Assembly (NCBI GenBank): GCA_035289385.1
Contig: DATDXI010000031.1
Location: 1-57,227, forward strand
Length of the DNA: 57,227 nt
From: Candidatus Nanoarchaeia archaeon
Lineage (GTDB): Archaea > Nanobdellota > Nanobdellia > Woesearchaeales > GW2011-AR9
Direction of reading: 5' to 3'
Shown: in pieces, positions 9,491 through 19,623 of the stretch
How the letters are laid out: each line of letters starts with the position of its first letter
How positions within the stretch are numbered: the first letter of the stretch is position 1
Made by a program: the position numbers and the translations under genes
Notes under the pieces: model-generated
Seen by the model: only the letters and a program-made list of their open reading frames with translations
What the model was told of the DNA's origin: nothing
Database searches by the model: none

Positions 9491-9760
9491 TTAAAGAAAT
9501 TCTATTTTTGGTATTTCGGCTTTCTTTTCTTTTTGGGGGTTCGTTAAGTTGAGAAAACTGCTGAAATCTGGTGCTGTACCTTCCCCACTAGATTTTGCTG
9601 GTGCTGATGAATCAAACATATTCATCATGCTGGAAGTATCGACATTTTCTTGTGGTGCATTGGAATAGGAAGAATTAGTGGTGATATCGGCAAGAATCCG
9701 CATGACTTTCCGGATATCTTCATGGCTGTCTTCTTTTGTATCAATCGTTATCTTCATCAT
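9491..9760 (-). CDS. hypothetical acidic protein (89 aa)
   Basis: ORF only. No motif recognised. Confidence 0.45.
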   Translation of the reverse strand: MMKITIDTKEDSHEDIRKVMRILADITTNSSYSNAPQENVDTSSMMNMFDSSAPAKSSGEGTAPDFSSFLNLTNPQKEKKAEIPKIEFL

Positions 9761-10056
9761 ACACCTTTTTTTTAGTTTAGGAAGTGCTTATGCTATTTAA
9801 TATTTGCTGTTATGTCTCCGTAAGGTAAACAAGAGATTTTACCTTAAGGTAGTGGTGAGAAAGTATTTTATAATTCATTCCCTCAAAAAGCAGCGCTGGA
9901 GGCAGGCGAAAACTTGAGGAGTTGAGCTTAGAAAACCCATATGGTTCGCTTCGCGCGGTAAAGCTTCTCGTTCGCAAGTTGCCTCTAGCTTTCTTTGTTC
10001 TTCAATATAAATAAGATAAGCAAAAGCTTCTTAAACGGAAGAATAATTCTCAAGGT

Positions 10057-10698
10057 ATGAAAAAGGAAACAATTCTGGTCCTCAGCGCCCATACTGATGA
10101 TTTTGTCTTAGGGGCAGGAGGGATGATCATCACTGCCGTTCAGGATGGGAAGAAAGTTATTCCCATCGTTTTCTCTTTAGGTGAAAAGTCGCATTTTTGG
10201 ATAAAAGATAAAGTTATCAAGAAAGTAAGAGCTGATGAAACCATTGCAGCAACGAAGCTCTTGAAATGCAAAGAGATCATCCTTGATGTGAAGGATGGGC
10301 AGATCTATCAGGATTATAAGGATAAACATGTTGAAGAGCGCCTTTTAGAGATTATTGAAAAGGAAAAACCAACAAAGATCTTTACTCATAGCAATGAAGA
10401 TCCCCATCCTGATCATCGGGCAGTCAATAAGATTACTCTTGAACTTCTTGAAAAGACAAAGGAGAAGCCAGAAGTATACATCTATTCCATCTGGAATCCT
10501 GTTTCTTTGAAAACATCATATCCTGCATTATATGTCGATATCACCAACGTTTTTTCATTGAAGATGAAGGCGCTGAAGATGTTCCAGAGCCAAAAGGTCA
10601 TCTTATCTTATCCCTTGCTATTGCTGTTCATCAGAAATATCATTGATGGAATCAGGATTAGGAAGAGGTTTGCCGAGAAGTTTTACAAGATCAGGTGA
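10057..10698 (+). CDS. PIG-L/LmbE family deacetylase
   Basis: LVLSAHTDDFVLGAGG and HPDH metal-binding motifs. Confidence 0.85.
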   Translation: MKKETILVLSAHTDDFVLGAGGMIITAVQDGKKVIPIVFSLGEKSHFWIKDKVIKKVRADETIAATKLLKCKEIILDVKDGQIYQDYKDKHVEERLLEIIEKEKPTKIFTHSNEDPHPDHRAVNKITLELLEKTKEKPEVYIYSIWNPVSLKTSYPALYVDITNVFSLKMKALKMFQSQKVILSYPLLLLFIRNIIDGIRIRKRFAEKFYKIR

Positions 10699-10734
10699 TG
10701 ACCAACTGCAAGCTAATCTCCACTGGAAAAATCC

Positions 10735-11892
10735 ATGGCAAAACAAAAATTGCTGCTCGTAGCAGATACCTATTATCCAAAAGTAGATGGTATTCTGCGC
10801 TTTACTGAAGAATTTCTTAAAAGAGCAAGCTCTGATTTTGACATCTCTTTATTAGTTCCTGAATTTGAGCAGAAGAAGCGTCCAGAGAAGACCCATTTCA
10901 TTGTCCCGTCAAAGTATCTCTCCTTGTCGGGCTATCCCAACATGAAACTTTCTTTCAGGAATCTGAGAACGATAAAAGAATCTATCAAAGAGGCAGATAT
11001 CATCTTTATTCAGGGCCCAGCTCTGATCAGTTACCTGAGCATGTATTATGGGAAGAAGTATCAGAAGAAAGTAGTATCATATATGCATGTCATCCCTTGG
11101 GAATTGTTTGAAAAGTTTGTTCCTTTGTTTACGAATAAGGTGCTGTTTCATCTTATCAAAAAGCTGGCCATCTCTTTTTACAATAGATGCGATGAGATTT
11201 TAGTCCCATATCGTGATCTGTCTTTAGAGCTGCAGAAAGCAGGGATAAGGACAAAAATAACCGTTGCTGGGTTGGGAGTTGACATCAACCTCTTTTCTGT
11301 TCCTGCTAATAAAGTGCTGGCGAAAAAAAAGATCGGGCTTGATCCTCACGTCAAGGTTATAGGTTATGTTGGACGGATATCTAAAGAAAAAAACACAGAA
11401 GTCCTGCTTTCTGCATTCAAAAAACTAGATCATCAGAGTCATCTTTACCTTCTGCTGGTGGGTGATGGAACTCCTGAGCAGACGGCAAAATTTAAGGAAT
11501 TAGATAATTGCCGGATGACGGGATTTGTGACTAATGTCCAAGATTACCTCCAGGCGATGGATATTTTTGTCATGCCCAGCCTGACGGAAACTACTTCACT
11601 TGCTTCCTTAGAAGCGATGTCGACGGGCTTACCTATCATTTCAACAAAAGTAGGGTTTATCAAGAATTATATCGTCAAAGATTATAATGGCGTCTTTTTT
11701 TCCAAGAATAATTCCACGATGCTTTCCATCAAGATCCAGAAGCTGCTGGACAACAAGGAATTAGCACAAAGATTTGGCGCTAACGCTAGAAAGACAGTTG
11801 CTTACTCCTTTTCCTGGGAACGATCGATCAATAAGATCCGGAGAATCCTTGGTGGTTATGCTTCTTCCTGGCAGTCAGGAGAAGAATCCTAG
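10735..11892 (+). CDS. glycosyltransferase, GT4 family
   Basis: 385 aa, GT-B fold. C-terminal E-x7-E region (PSLTETTSLASLEAMSTGLPIIST). Confidence 0.9.
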   Translation: MAKQKLLLVADTYYPKVDGILRFTEEFLKRASSDFDISLLVPEFEQKKRPEKTHFIVPSKYLSLSGYPNMKLSFRNLRTIKESIKEADIIFIQGPALISYLSMYYGKKYQKKVVSYMHVIPWELFEKFVPLFTNKVLFHLIKKLAISFYNRCDEILVPYRDLSLELQKAGIRTKITVAGLGVDINLFSVPANKVLAKKKIGLDPHVKVIGYVGRISKEKNTEVLLSAFKKLDHQSHLYLLLVGDGTPEQTAKFKELDNCRMTGFVTNVQDYLQAMDIFVMPSLTETTSLASLEAMSTGLPIISTKVGFIKNYIVKDYNGVFFSKNNSTMLSIKIQKLLDNKELAQRFGANARKTVAYSFSWERSINKIRRILGGYASSWQSGEES

Positions 11893-11926
11893 TTGGCATG
11901 CGCTAAAAGTATATACCTCATAAAGG

Positions 11927-11940
11927 AAAGCTTTAAAAAC
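11927..11940 (+). promoter_or_regulatory. BRE/TATA-like box (AAAGCTTTAAAAAC)
   Basis: About 22 nt upstream of the ATG at 11962. The same AAGCTTTAAAAA core recurs at 39674, 52008 and 50765. Confidence 0.5.
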
Positions 11941-11961
11941 AACTCCCTAAAGTCGAAAACT

Positions 11962-12207
11962 ATGGATGACGACAATGTTGAAGGGGAAAAAGATGCTACG
12001 GAAGAGCAGTTAGTGGAAGCTGGGGGTTTAGATTCCACGGAAGAAGGCTTTATCAAAGGCTATGCCGATGATGATGAAGTCATTGAATGCGCAGAGTGCG
12101 GCTCTGCTGTACGGGAAGATAAGAAGATCGTGAAAGAGATCAATAGTGAAAGTTATACTTTCTGTTCCAAGGGCTGTGCGCAGGATTTTGAAGAGAGTAT
12201 CGTTTGA
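11962..12207 (+). CDS. small acidic protein with a TRASH/YHS-like Cys motif
   Basis: CAECGSAV...FCSKGCAQDF. The start is placed at the ATG downstream of the TATA-like box rather than at the track start 11893, which abuts the GT4 stop. Confidence 0.55.
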   Translation: MDDDNVEGEKDATEEQLVEAGGLDSTEEGFIKGYADDDEVIECAECGSAVREDKKIVKEINSESYTFCSKGCAQDFEESIV

Positions 12208-12262
12208 GAGGGTTTTGTTTTTTTAATATTATTTTTGATAACTACTATTGTATCTACTATCA

Positions 12263-13297
12263 TTATTCGCATTTTGAAAATACTTTCCAGCGCTCTTTGG
12301 CAAGGTCATCAATTGTTACCTTAAATTGTTCTTGAAGGATATCAGTAGCTCTGGCTGCTACCACTGTGCGGCTTCCTGAAAGGTGTTGCTGCCTTGCTAG
12401 CTCATAGGCCCAGTTAATCGCTTCTTGGTGAACGATGATCCCATCCTTTTCACCATCGCTGTCAGGTTGGTCCATCTCTTGGCACAAGTGGGATATGCTT
12501 ATGGGAATGGAAATAGGTGCAATAGGCGCAATAGGAGCAGGGGTTGCCTTTCTTTCAGGCTCTTGGAAGGCGAAAGAATACAACAATGAAAGGGCGACCG
12601 TCCCTACTGTTACCAGGGCAGCGCCTCCAATATACGTTCTTGGGTTGAAACGTTCTGGCTGCTGGTTGATAGCTTGAACTTCCAGAAGAAATAAGGAAAT
12701 CGGTTCCTCAGCTCCACGAGACAGATACATCTCTCGAATAGTGTTCAGCGGTGGTGGATTCATTCCTTCAAAATCAGGCTCTCTTATCAAATCTACATAA
12801 TCTCTCAATCTTCCGGAAGCGAAGAGATAGCGGTCTCCTTGCTGTAGCGGAGATTCATATCTCTTTATAGGTTCCTGTTGAAGAGGAGAAGTGCCAGTAT
12901 CATGATGGATGATAACTGTCGGTTCGTTCTCATAATCACGAGCTGGTCTACGTGAAACCACAAGCATCGTTTGCTCTTCTTTCCTGGTGATTTCAGAAGG
13001 AGCAGCATCTTTAGGGAAGTGGTAGATGGCAGCATCGCCCACCGTTAAAAGAGAAAGTGTTGTTCCTTGTATTCCGCCAGCAATAAAGCAACCTCCCAAA
13101 GATCTAGCGCCTAAAACAGCTTCTACCACTTGCTCTACATTTTTTGTTGTGCGGGCCATCAGAGAAAGGGTATGTTCTAGTGCTTCTCGCTCTGTCGCTT
13201 TACCCGAAGAATCTGCTAGCATAAAGAACTGTGGAGATGGTCGGTAGGTGAAAGGAAATGTTCCCCCTAAGCCTACTGCCTTATAGTTTATGGCCAT
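12263..13297 (-). CDS. membrane protein with a degenerate PP2C/SpoIIE-like N-terminal domain (tentative)
   Basis: 344 aa. LADSSG, TVGDAAIY and GDRYLFASGRL loosely resemble PP2C motifs. One TM helix (IGGAALVTVGTVALSLLY). Looks GC-richer than its neighbours by eye. Confidence 0.5.
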   Translation of the reverse strand: MAINYKAVGLGGTFPFTYRPSPQFFMLADSSGKATEREALEHTLSLMARTTKNVEQVVEAVLGARSLGGCFIAGGIQGTTLSLLTVGDAAIYHFPKDAAPSEITRKEEQTMLVVSRRPARDYENEPTVIIHHDTGTSPLQQEPIKRYESPLQQGDRYLFASGRLRDYVDLIREPDFEGMNPPPLNTIREMYLSRGAEEPISLFLLEVQAINQQPERFNPRTYIGGAALVTVGTVALSLLYSFAFQEPERKATPAPIAPIAPISIPISISHLCQEMDQPDSDGEKDGIIVHQEAINWAYELARQQHLSGSRTVVAARATDILQEQFKVTIDDLAKERWKVFSKCE

Positions 13298-13426
13298 CTT
13301 TTCTTCAGTACTTTACTTATTTATAAATTTTTTTCCACTAGTAGTTACATATCCTATGGGCTTAGACAGAACTAAATATGTACTCAAATCCAAAATATTT
13401 ATTAAGCTGAAGAATCTATCTGCCTT

Positions 13427-13951
13427 ATGAATATCAAAGCGAGGATTGTTTCAGTTGCCATTGCTGTCATTTTTGCTCTTTTTATCGGTTATGGCATTGA
13501 AGTGTTCTTTCCCACTCCTGAATATCAAGGCTATTGTCCAGATGTGTATTCTATCTATTCCCAAGAGGAATGTGCTTCTGCTGGTGGAGTATGGGTCTTT
13601 GAACCAAATGCGCCAATGAAAGTTGATACAAAGAATGGCACTGCTGAAGGGCTTCCAGGATATTGCCAGAATGATATGAAATGTAATGATGGATATACCT
13701 CTGCAGCTACGCAGCATGATCGTATTCTCTTTATCATTGCCGTCATCTTTGGTCTGTTATCGGTGATCGTAGGTATTATCTTACAGAAAGAAGCAGTTAG
13801 CTCAGGGTTAGTGGGCGGGGGCATCTTATTGATCCTTTATGGAACGATAAGGTATTGGCAGCATGCTAACAATATCTTGAAGTTTGTCTTGCTGGGTGTG
13901 GTTTTAGGTGTATTAGTATGGCTGGCGTATAAGAAGCTGGAGAAGAAGTAA
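13427..13951 (+). CDS. membrane protein with a Cys-rich extracytoplasmic loop
   Basis: N-terminal TM helix, 5 Cys in the loop and C-terminal TM helices. Confidence 0.6.
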   Translation: MNIKARIVSVAIAVIFALFIGYGIEVFFPTPEYQGYCPDVYSIYSQEECASAGGVWVFEPNAPMKVDTKNGTAEGLPGYCQNDMKCNDGYTSAATQHDRILFIIAVIFGLLSVIVGIILQKEAVSSGLVGGGILLILYGTIRYWQHANNILKFVLLGVVLGVLVWLAYKKLEKK

Positions 13952-14358
13952 TGTCCAAAAAGAACAAACCAGATAGTGTTTCAACAGCTTTAACTTTGCT
14001 TTGGATAAGTCTTGCTGTTGGAGTTTTGAATAGTATAATAAATTTTTCAAACTCCGTTGATTTAACAAAAGCTTCTGGTTTTGGTTCAGGATTTGTTATT
14101 TTTGTAACTCTTTTCACATTAGTTTTTATGGCTTTTTTTATATACCTGATTGGAGAAGGAAAAAATTGGGCGAGAATAACTTTTTTGGTTCTCTACATAA
14201 TAGGAATTCCTTTTTCAGTATTACCTGCGATAATGTTAATACTAACAAATCCAATATCTGCAATGTTTACAGTAGGTATAGGTATATTAGAACTAATTGC
14301 ACTGATTTTTTTATTTCAAAAAACCTCTTCTGACTGGTTTCATTCTATGAAGAAATAG
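13951..14358 (+). CDS. small polytopic membrane protein
   Basis: 135 aa, hydrophobic. Its ATG overlaps the upstream stop (TAATG). Confidence 0.55.
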   Translation: MSKKNKPDSVSTALTLLWISLAVGVLNSIINFSNSVDLTKASGFGSGFVIFVTLFTLVFMAFFIYLIGEGKNWARITFLVLYIIGIPFSVLPAIMLILTNPISAMFTVGIGILELIALIFLFQKTSSDWFHSMKK

Positions 14359-14542
14359 TATTCTTACAAACGACAATTTATTTTTCAATAACTACGATAA
14401 CAACGATTTTTTGGCGAGCCTTGAACTTCTCCTTTCGTTGACCACATTCAATTTTCACTCCACTTCGTTCCGTTCGGGGAGTTTAACAGCAATCTCAATG
14501 TTAAAATAAATTAGGGGCTGGCTTCCACAAAGGTTAAATTCC

Positions 14543-14929
14543 TTATGATGACTCTTCACTTGCCACCTTCAACTCACATCCACTTAAGCTTGCTAATCTG
14601 GCAAGTGGCTGCTCTCCAGGATAATTGTTTCCATCAATAACCCACGTTGGGAAACCTTCAACTCCTGCTTTGATGCAGGCATCTCGGTTAAGATCGCAGT
14701 CAACATAGTTTACATATTGAAATGCTGGGCCAAATAATGCTTTCTGGTTTTTGCAATGAGGACACCATTCTGTACCATACATGATAACTCCTTTCTCACT
14801 TAAACATTGGGCAAAACTGTCAGGCACTTTTGCTTGTGGCGAACAGCCAGCAATGAGCATTAAGCTGATGAGCATTAAACTGATGGCCACTTTTTGAATT
14901 AAATCTGAGGATAGGTATTTTTTTTTCAT
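14543..14929 (-). CDS. thioredoxin-fold lipoprotein (CPHC active site)
   Basis: Lipobox LIAGC followed by WCPHCKNQK. Confidence 0.8.
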   Translation of the reverse strand: MKKKYLSSDLIQKVAISLMLISLMLIAGCSPQAKVPDSFAQCLSEKGVIMYGTEWCPHCKNQKALFGPAFQYVNYVDCDLNRDACIKAGVEGFPTWVIDGNNYPGEQPLARLASLSGCELKVASEESS

Positions 14930-14991
14930 ATTGTCACCTTATTTTCTTTTTCCAGTATGGATTATTCTGTCAGAAATGCTTCTTCTTTATA

Positions 14992-15468
14992 TTATTTGCT
15001 TTCAATAGCCAGCCCTTTCCAGGAGTGATGATATATTCTGTAGGCTAGCATGAAGATCGTTAAGATGATCATCTGTGAAATCAAGCAGAATAAGCAGAAT
15101 GATTCAACGATAAACGTTTCTGCAAACGTAAGATATAGTGAGAAAACAAGGCTAAGAAGGGAAAATTCAAACAAAAATCTTTTGCTGATGATTCTAGCAA
15201 TACCTTTCCTTTTCATCCACTTCTTGTCTTCAAGCAAGAAAAAGCTGAGAAGACCGATGATCGTATAGGCAGCCAGCCCTAACAAAGGAACCGGTATGCC
15301 CGCAACTGTTGAAAAGGAACTTTGGCTTACCGTTGTACAAGAGAAGCGGTCATTAAAATCACAGAGCGTACTTTGAGAAGTTATATGGATCTGGGTTAAG
15401 TATAATGCTACTAAAATGCCTAAAAAAGAAAGAAAAAAAATAAATTGCAATGATTTTTTGTCTTGCAT
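14992..15468 (-). CDS. vitamin K epoxide reductase (VKOR) family protein
   Basis: Four TM helices, loop cysteines CDFNDRFSC, and CLFC in the last helix. Confidence 0.8.
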   Translation of the reverse strand: MQDKKSLQFIFFLSFLGILVALYLTQIHITSQSTLCDFNDRFSCTTVSQSSFSTVAGIPVPLLGLAAYTIIGLLSFFLLEDKKWMKRKGIARIISKRFLFEFSLLSLVFSLYLTFAETFIVESFCLFCLISQMIILTIFMLAYRIYHHSWKGLAIESK

Positions 15469-15470
15469 CC

Positions 15471-16274
15471 TTAGTTCAGCTGCGATTCAATAACCTGCTG
15501 GAATGCAGAGAATGGCTGTGCACCGCTTACTAAGACGCCATTGACAAAAAATGCTGGAGTTCCCTGCACACCTGCTTTTGAGCCGTCAGACATGTCTTTC
15601 CTGATCTCCGTAGCCATCTTTCCTGAATCTAAACAGGAATCAAAGTCAGCGCTGTTTAGGCCAAGATCTTTAGCATATGCTTTAAAGGAAGCAACACCGC
15701 CTTGCACACCTTGCCCGAAGAGCTTGTCATGCATTTCGTAATATTTCCCTTGCTCTCCTGCGCATTCAGCTGCTTCAGCTGCTTTTTGAGCTTGTTGATG
15801 GAAGCTCAGTGGGAAGTCACGATAGATCAACTTTACTTTCCCCGTTTTGTTGTACTGCTCATCTATCTGTCCCAATGTTTCAGAATAGAATCTGGCACAG
15901 AAAGGGCATTCATAATCACTAAATTCTACAATAGTTACTGGTGCATCTTTATCCCCTTTCACCGCATCATCATCCAGCAATGCTTCCACGTCAACTGTTG
16001 GCGCTGGACTTGGCGTAGGAGCAACTGCTGCTCCTGTGGGAGCTGAACCTACTGAATCACCTATGCCAGATAATCCTGATAATCCATTTACCAGGTATAA
16101 GGACAATGCTATCTGCACAACTACGGCAACGGCCAAGAATTTCTGGAAACCACTCCATGCTGCAGCTCCACTGCTTGCTTTAGCTGCTGGTTGCTGCGTT
16201 GCTTTAGGCTCATGGCTAAAAGTATGATGGTGTTCATCATGCCCCTCATGACCCTCTTTTTCAAAATACGTCAT
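15471..16274 (-). CDS. DsbA-like thiol:disulfide oxidoreductase with a His-rich N-terminal tail
   Basis: YECPFCARF active site. TM anchor after the N-terminal EGHEGHDEHHHTFSHE. Confidence 0.85.
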   Translation of the reverse strand: MTYFEKEGHEGHDEHHHTFSHEPKATQQPAAKASSGAAAWSGFQKFLAVAVVVQIALSLYLVNGLSGLSGIGDSVGSAPTGAAVAPTPSPAPTVDVEALLDDDAVKGDKDAPVTIVEFSDYECPFCARFYSETLGQIDEQYNKTGKVKLIYRDFPLSFHQQAQKAAEAAECAGEQGKYYEMHDKLFGQGVQGGVASFKAYAKDLGLNSADFDSCLDSGKMATEIRKDMSDGSKAGVQGTPAFFVNGVLVSGAQPFSAFQQVIESQLN

Positions 16275-16431
16275 ATTTCCACCTCAAATACGTTTTTTTT
16301 AGTTTAGGAATAAACATCTCTTTTTAATCTTTATGGTAGTAGAGTTGAGTGGAACGAAAGGTGATGGATTATAGAATACATATAGAATAATTCTAAAATA
16401 GTTATGCCGAATCGGCTAGGACATCCAATCA

Positions 16432-18078
16432 TCAGCTAGGACAGACAACATTACTCAGTTCTTCACCCCATGTTTTCTTATTTTCCGAATAATCGATGGG
16501 GCATTCTATCACCACTGGCCCTTGCAGTTGGAATGCTTTTTCAAGAATCTTTAAGAGGTCAGATGCTTTTTTAACCTTAAAACCATGTGCACCATAACTT
16601 TCCGCATATTTCACAAAGTCAGGATTACCATAATCTAAAGAAAAGTCGGCATAATTCATCTGCTGTTGTTTCCATTTGATGAATCCGTAGGCGTTATCAT
16701 TCAGGATCAATATGACCACATTGAGTTTCAGCCGCACAGCCGTTTCTAATTCCTGTGAATTCATCATAAAACCACCATCTCCCACAACTGCCAGAACTTT
16801 TTTGTAAGGGTTGATCAATTTTGCGGTCATCGCTGAGGGCAACCCAGCACCCATGGTAGCTAGCGTGTTGTCTAGCAAGAATGTTCCAATGCCATATGCT
16901 GGATAATGTCTTGAAAACCATAATTTGTAGATGCCATTGTCTAAGCAGAGGATGTCTTCTTTCCCTAATGCTTTTCGGCAGTCAGCAACTATTCTTCTGG
17001 GCTTTAGAGGATAGGAATCATCATCGTTCTGATTCTTAAATAGTTTTTTTTCCAGCTCTTTTTTTAGCTGCTCTTCAAACGATCCTTCATTTCTGAATGA
17101 CTGGAGCGCTTCTCTTAAAGAATCAAGTGAGGTAGCTATATCCCCAATAACTTCACCGATAGGGGCGTAAAAGGTATCATTTCTTGCTGGGGTAAAATCG
17201 ATATGCAGTATCTTTTTCTTCCCTTCAGCATTCCAAACATAAGGAGGATATTCTGCCGTTGAATAGCCTACGGTAATGATCAGGTCTGCTTTTTCCAGAA
17301 GGCAATTGACATAATCTTTTTTATGGATGCCGAATGAATGGAGGCAATTATGGTGGTCTGCCCGTAAAACTCCTTTTCCCAGCTGAGTGTGGACAACATA
17401 AAGGTTTGTGGCATCACAAAATTGTTCCAATGCTTCCTTAACTCTCGTTCTTTGTGCTCGGCTGGAGACTATGAGAACTGTTTTCTTTGCTTTCTTTATT
17501 TCATCTGCAGCAATTCTGATACTCTTGCTATCTGCTATCGGCCGGCGTAAGGCAATGACTGGTTGCGGGGTAAATCCTTTAACTTCTTCATCAGCAACAT
17601 CTTCCGGTAATTCTAGGTGACAGACACCTTGCCGTTCTGATGTTGCGAGCTTGAATGCATTTCTTACTTCTTTAGGGATGCTTTTTGGGCCAAGAATCTG
17701 GGTTGTATATTTAGTTATAGGGCGCATCATCTCTACAACGTTAACCACTTGAAAATTCCCTTGCCAATTTTCCCGGATGCCTTTCTGCCCAGTGATGACG
17801 ACTAATGGCATACCCCCTAACTGGGCATGAGCAACACCGGTAACAAGATTCGTCGCTCCGGGGCCGAGAGTTGACATGACCACACCTGCTTTTCCTGTCA
17901 ATCGCCCATACGTAGCAGCCATAAAGGCAGCAGCCTGTTCATGCCGGTTGACGATAACTTTGATCTTTGATTTTCGTAACGCTTCCAGAACATGCAGATT
18001 TTCTTCTCCAGGAACGGCAAAGATATACTCTACTTTCTCTTCTTCAAGACATTGTACGAATAGATCAGCTGCTTTCAT
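16432..18078 (-). CDS. thiamine-diphosphate enzyme, acetolactate synthase-like large subunit
   Basis: 548 aa with a three-domain TPP enzyme layout and the TPP motif GDGGFMMN...NDNAYG. Confidence 0.85.
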   Translation of the reverse strand: MKAADLFVQCLEEEKVEYIFAVPGEENLHVLEALRKSKIKVIVNRHEQAAAFMAATYGRLTGKAGVVMSTLGPGATNLVTGVAHAQLGGMPLVVITGQKGIRENWQGNFQVVNVVEMMRPITKYTTQILGPKSIPKEVRNAFKLATSERQGVCHLELPEDVADEEVKGFTPQPVIALRRPIADSKSIRIAADEIKKAKKTVLIVSSRAQRTRVKEALEQFCDATNLYVVHTQLGKGVLRADHHNCLHSFGIHKKDYVNCLLEKADLIITVGYSTAEYPPYVWNAEGKKKILHIDFTPARNDTFYAPIGEVIGDIATSLDSLREALQSFRNEGSFEEQLKKELEKKLFKNQNDDDSYPLKPRRIVADCRKALGKEDILCLDNGIYKLWFSRHYPAYGIGTFLLDNTLATMGAGLPSAMTAKLINPYKKVLAVVGDGGFMMNSQELETAVRLKLNVVILILNDNAYGFIKWKQQQMNYADFSLDYGNPDFVKYAESYGAHGFKVKKASDLLKILEKAFQLQGPVVIECPIDYSENKKTWGEELSNVVCPS

Positions 18079-18144
18079 TGTTTTTTTGTTTACTTATACC
18101 TATTTTTTATGATTTTTATTTTTTGTCATATGTAATTTCTATTT

Positions 18145-19527
18145 TTAAGGATTATATATATTAATTGGCTTGATGTTGACAAATTCTTTGATCCCATAAT
18201 GGCTTAATTCTCGGCCATAGCCGCTTTTCTTTATTCCTCCTAATGGTAATAGGGGATGGCTTTTTGAAGTGGAATTGAGGAATACTCCTCCCGCATTGAT
18301 CTTTCTGGCAAGACTTTCTCCTCGCCTTACATCATTTGTCCAGATGGATGCATTCAAGCCAAATTCAGAGGTGTTTGCTATACGGATTGCTTCATCATCA
18401 CTCTCTACAACGATCACTGGTGCAACTGGTCCAAAGGTTTCTTCCGTTACCACGTTCATGGTCGGTTTCGTATGGGTTATGACCGTTGGCTCAAAGTAGC
18501 AGCCAGGCTCTCGACGTTTTCCTCCTGCTGCAATGGTTGCTCCCTGTTTGATGGCATCTTGAACAAAGTTTTCCATATCAATAACTGCTTGCTTGTTGAC
18601 TAATGGCCCTATCTCTGTTTCTGCCTTCATAGGATCTCCAATTTTTAGCTTTGCCATGTTTTTTGCAAATAGTTGGCTGAATTTCTCTGCGACCTTTTTA
18701 TGAACAATAAAGCGTTTTGCCCCGATGCACATCTGTCCGGTATTAGAGATCCTGCCATGAGTTGCTCCCAGAGCAGCTTTTTCTACATCAGCATCATCTA
18801 AGACAATGAAAGGATCTGAACCGCCTAATTCCAAGACTGTTTTTTTGATATGCTTTCCGGCTTCAGCAGCAATCTTTGATCCTGCGCCAACAGAGCCAGT
18901 TAAGGAGACCGCTTGAACAACATCAGAGGCGATAAGTGCTGATGTTGTTTCATGATCGATGATCAGGCTTCTAAAGATATCTTTTGGGAAGCCAGCTTCC
19001 TGGAAAGCTTGCTCAATAGCTAAGGAACTTCCAGTGACATTTCGGGCATGTTTTAGGAGAATGGCGTTACCTGCAACTAATGGAGGAAGACCAACTTTGA
19101 TGACTTGCCAAAAAGGATAGTTCCAAGGCATGATGATGAGTACGGTGCCTAACGGCTCAAAGGTGATAAGATGCTGTTTTCCATCGGCAGTAATCTCTTC
19201 TTCTTTCAGCCATTGTTGTGCATGTTCTTGTAGTGTGTCACACAATGATGCGCATTTTTCAACTTCCGCTAAGGATTGCGTAATGACTTTCCCCATCTCT
19301 GTTGTCATCAGTTCTGCGTATTTCTGTTTATTCTTTCGAAGAACTAGAGCAAGTTTATTGACAAACTGAAGGCGTTTTTGTACGGGGAGCTCTTTCCACT
19401 CTTGAAAAGAAAGACTGGTAGATTTGGCAATGGATAATGCTTCACTCTCTGGCATGATATGATATTCAGCGATAGCTTGTTCAGTTGCCGGGTTGATGGT
19501 TGAAAATGTTATGGTATCTTTCTTCAT
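18145..19527 (-). CDS. NAD(P)-dependent aldehyde dehydrogenase (succinate-semialdehyde DH-like)
   Basis: ELGGSDP and the catalytic Cys in GQMCIGAKR. 460 aa. Confidence 0.9.
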   Translation of the reverse strand: MKKDTITFSTINPATEQAIAEYHIMPESEALSIAKSTSLSFQEWKELPVQKRLQFVNKLALVLRKNKQKYAELMTTEMGKVITQSLAEVEKCASLCDTLQEHAQQWLKEEEITADGKQHLITFEPLGTVLIIMPWNYPFWQVIKVGLPPLVAGNAILLKHARNVTGSSLAIEQAFQEAGFPKDIFRSLIIDHETTSALIASDVVQAVSLTGSVGAGSKIAAEAGKHIKKTVLELGGSDPFIVLDDADVEKAALGATHGRISNTGQMCIGAKRFIVHKKVAEKFSQLFAKNMAKLKIGDPMKAETEIGPLVNKQAVIDMENFVQDAIKQGATIAAGGKRREPGCYFEPTVITHTKPTMNVVTEETFGPVAPVIVVESDDEAIRIANTSEFGLNASIWTNDVRRGESLARKINAGGVFLNSTSKSHPLLPLGGIKKSGYGRELSHYGIKEFVNIKPINIYNP

Positions 19528-19623
19528 GGTATCTCCTGATTGAAGAAATCAATTCATCTATTAAAAGATATCTGTCAGGTTGTAATGATGATAAAGAATA
19601 GTTAAACCTGTTTTCATTACGTC

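Noticed and set aside
9890-9990. A GC-richer patch with local complementarity (GAGGCA...TGCCTC, GCGAA...TTCGC, GGTTCG) was considered as a tRNA or small RNA.
   Set aside because: I could not build a cloverleaf. There is no T-loop GTTCRANYC, and no acceptor stem or anticodon arm with correct spacing. The stems are short and bulged. It is left unannotated.
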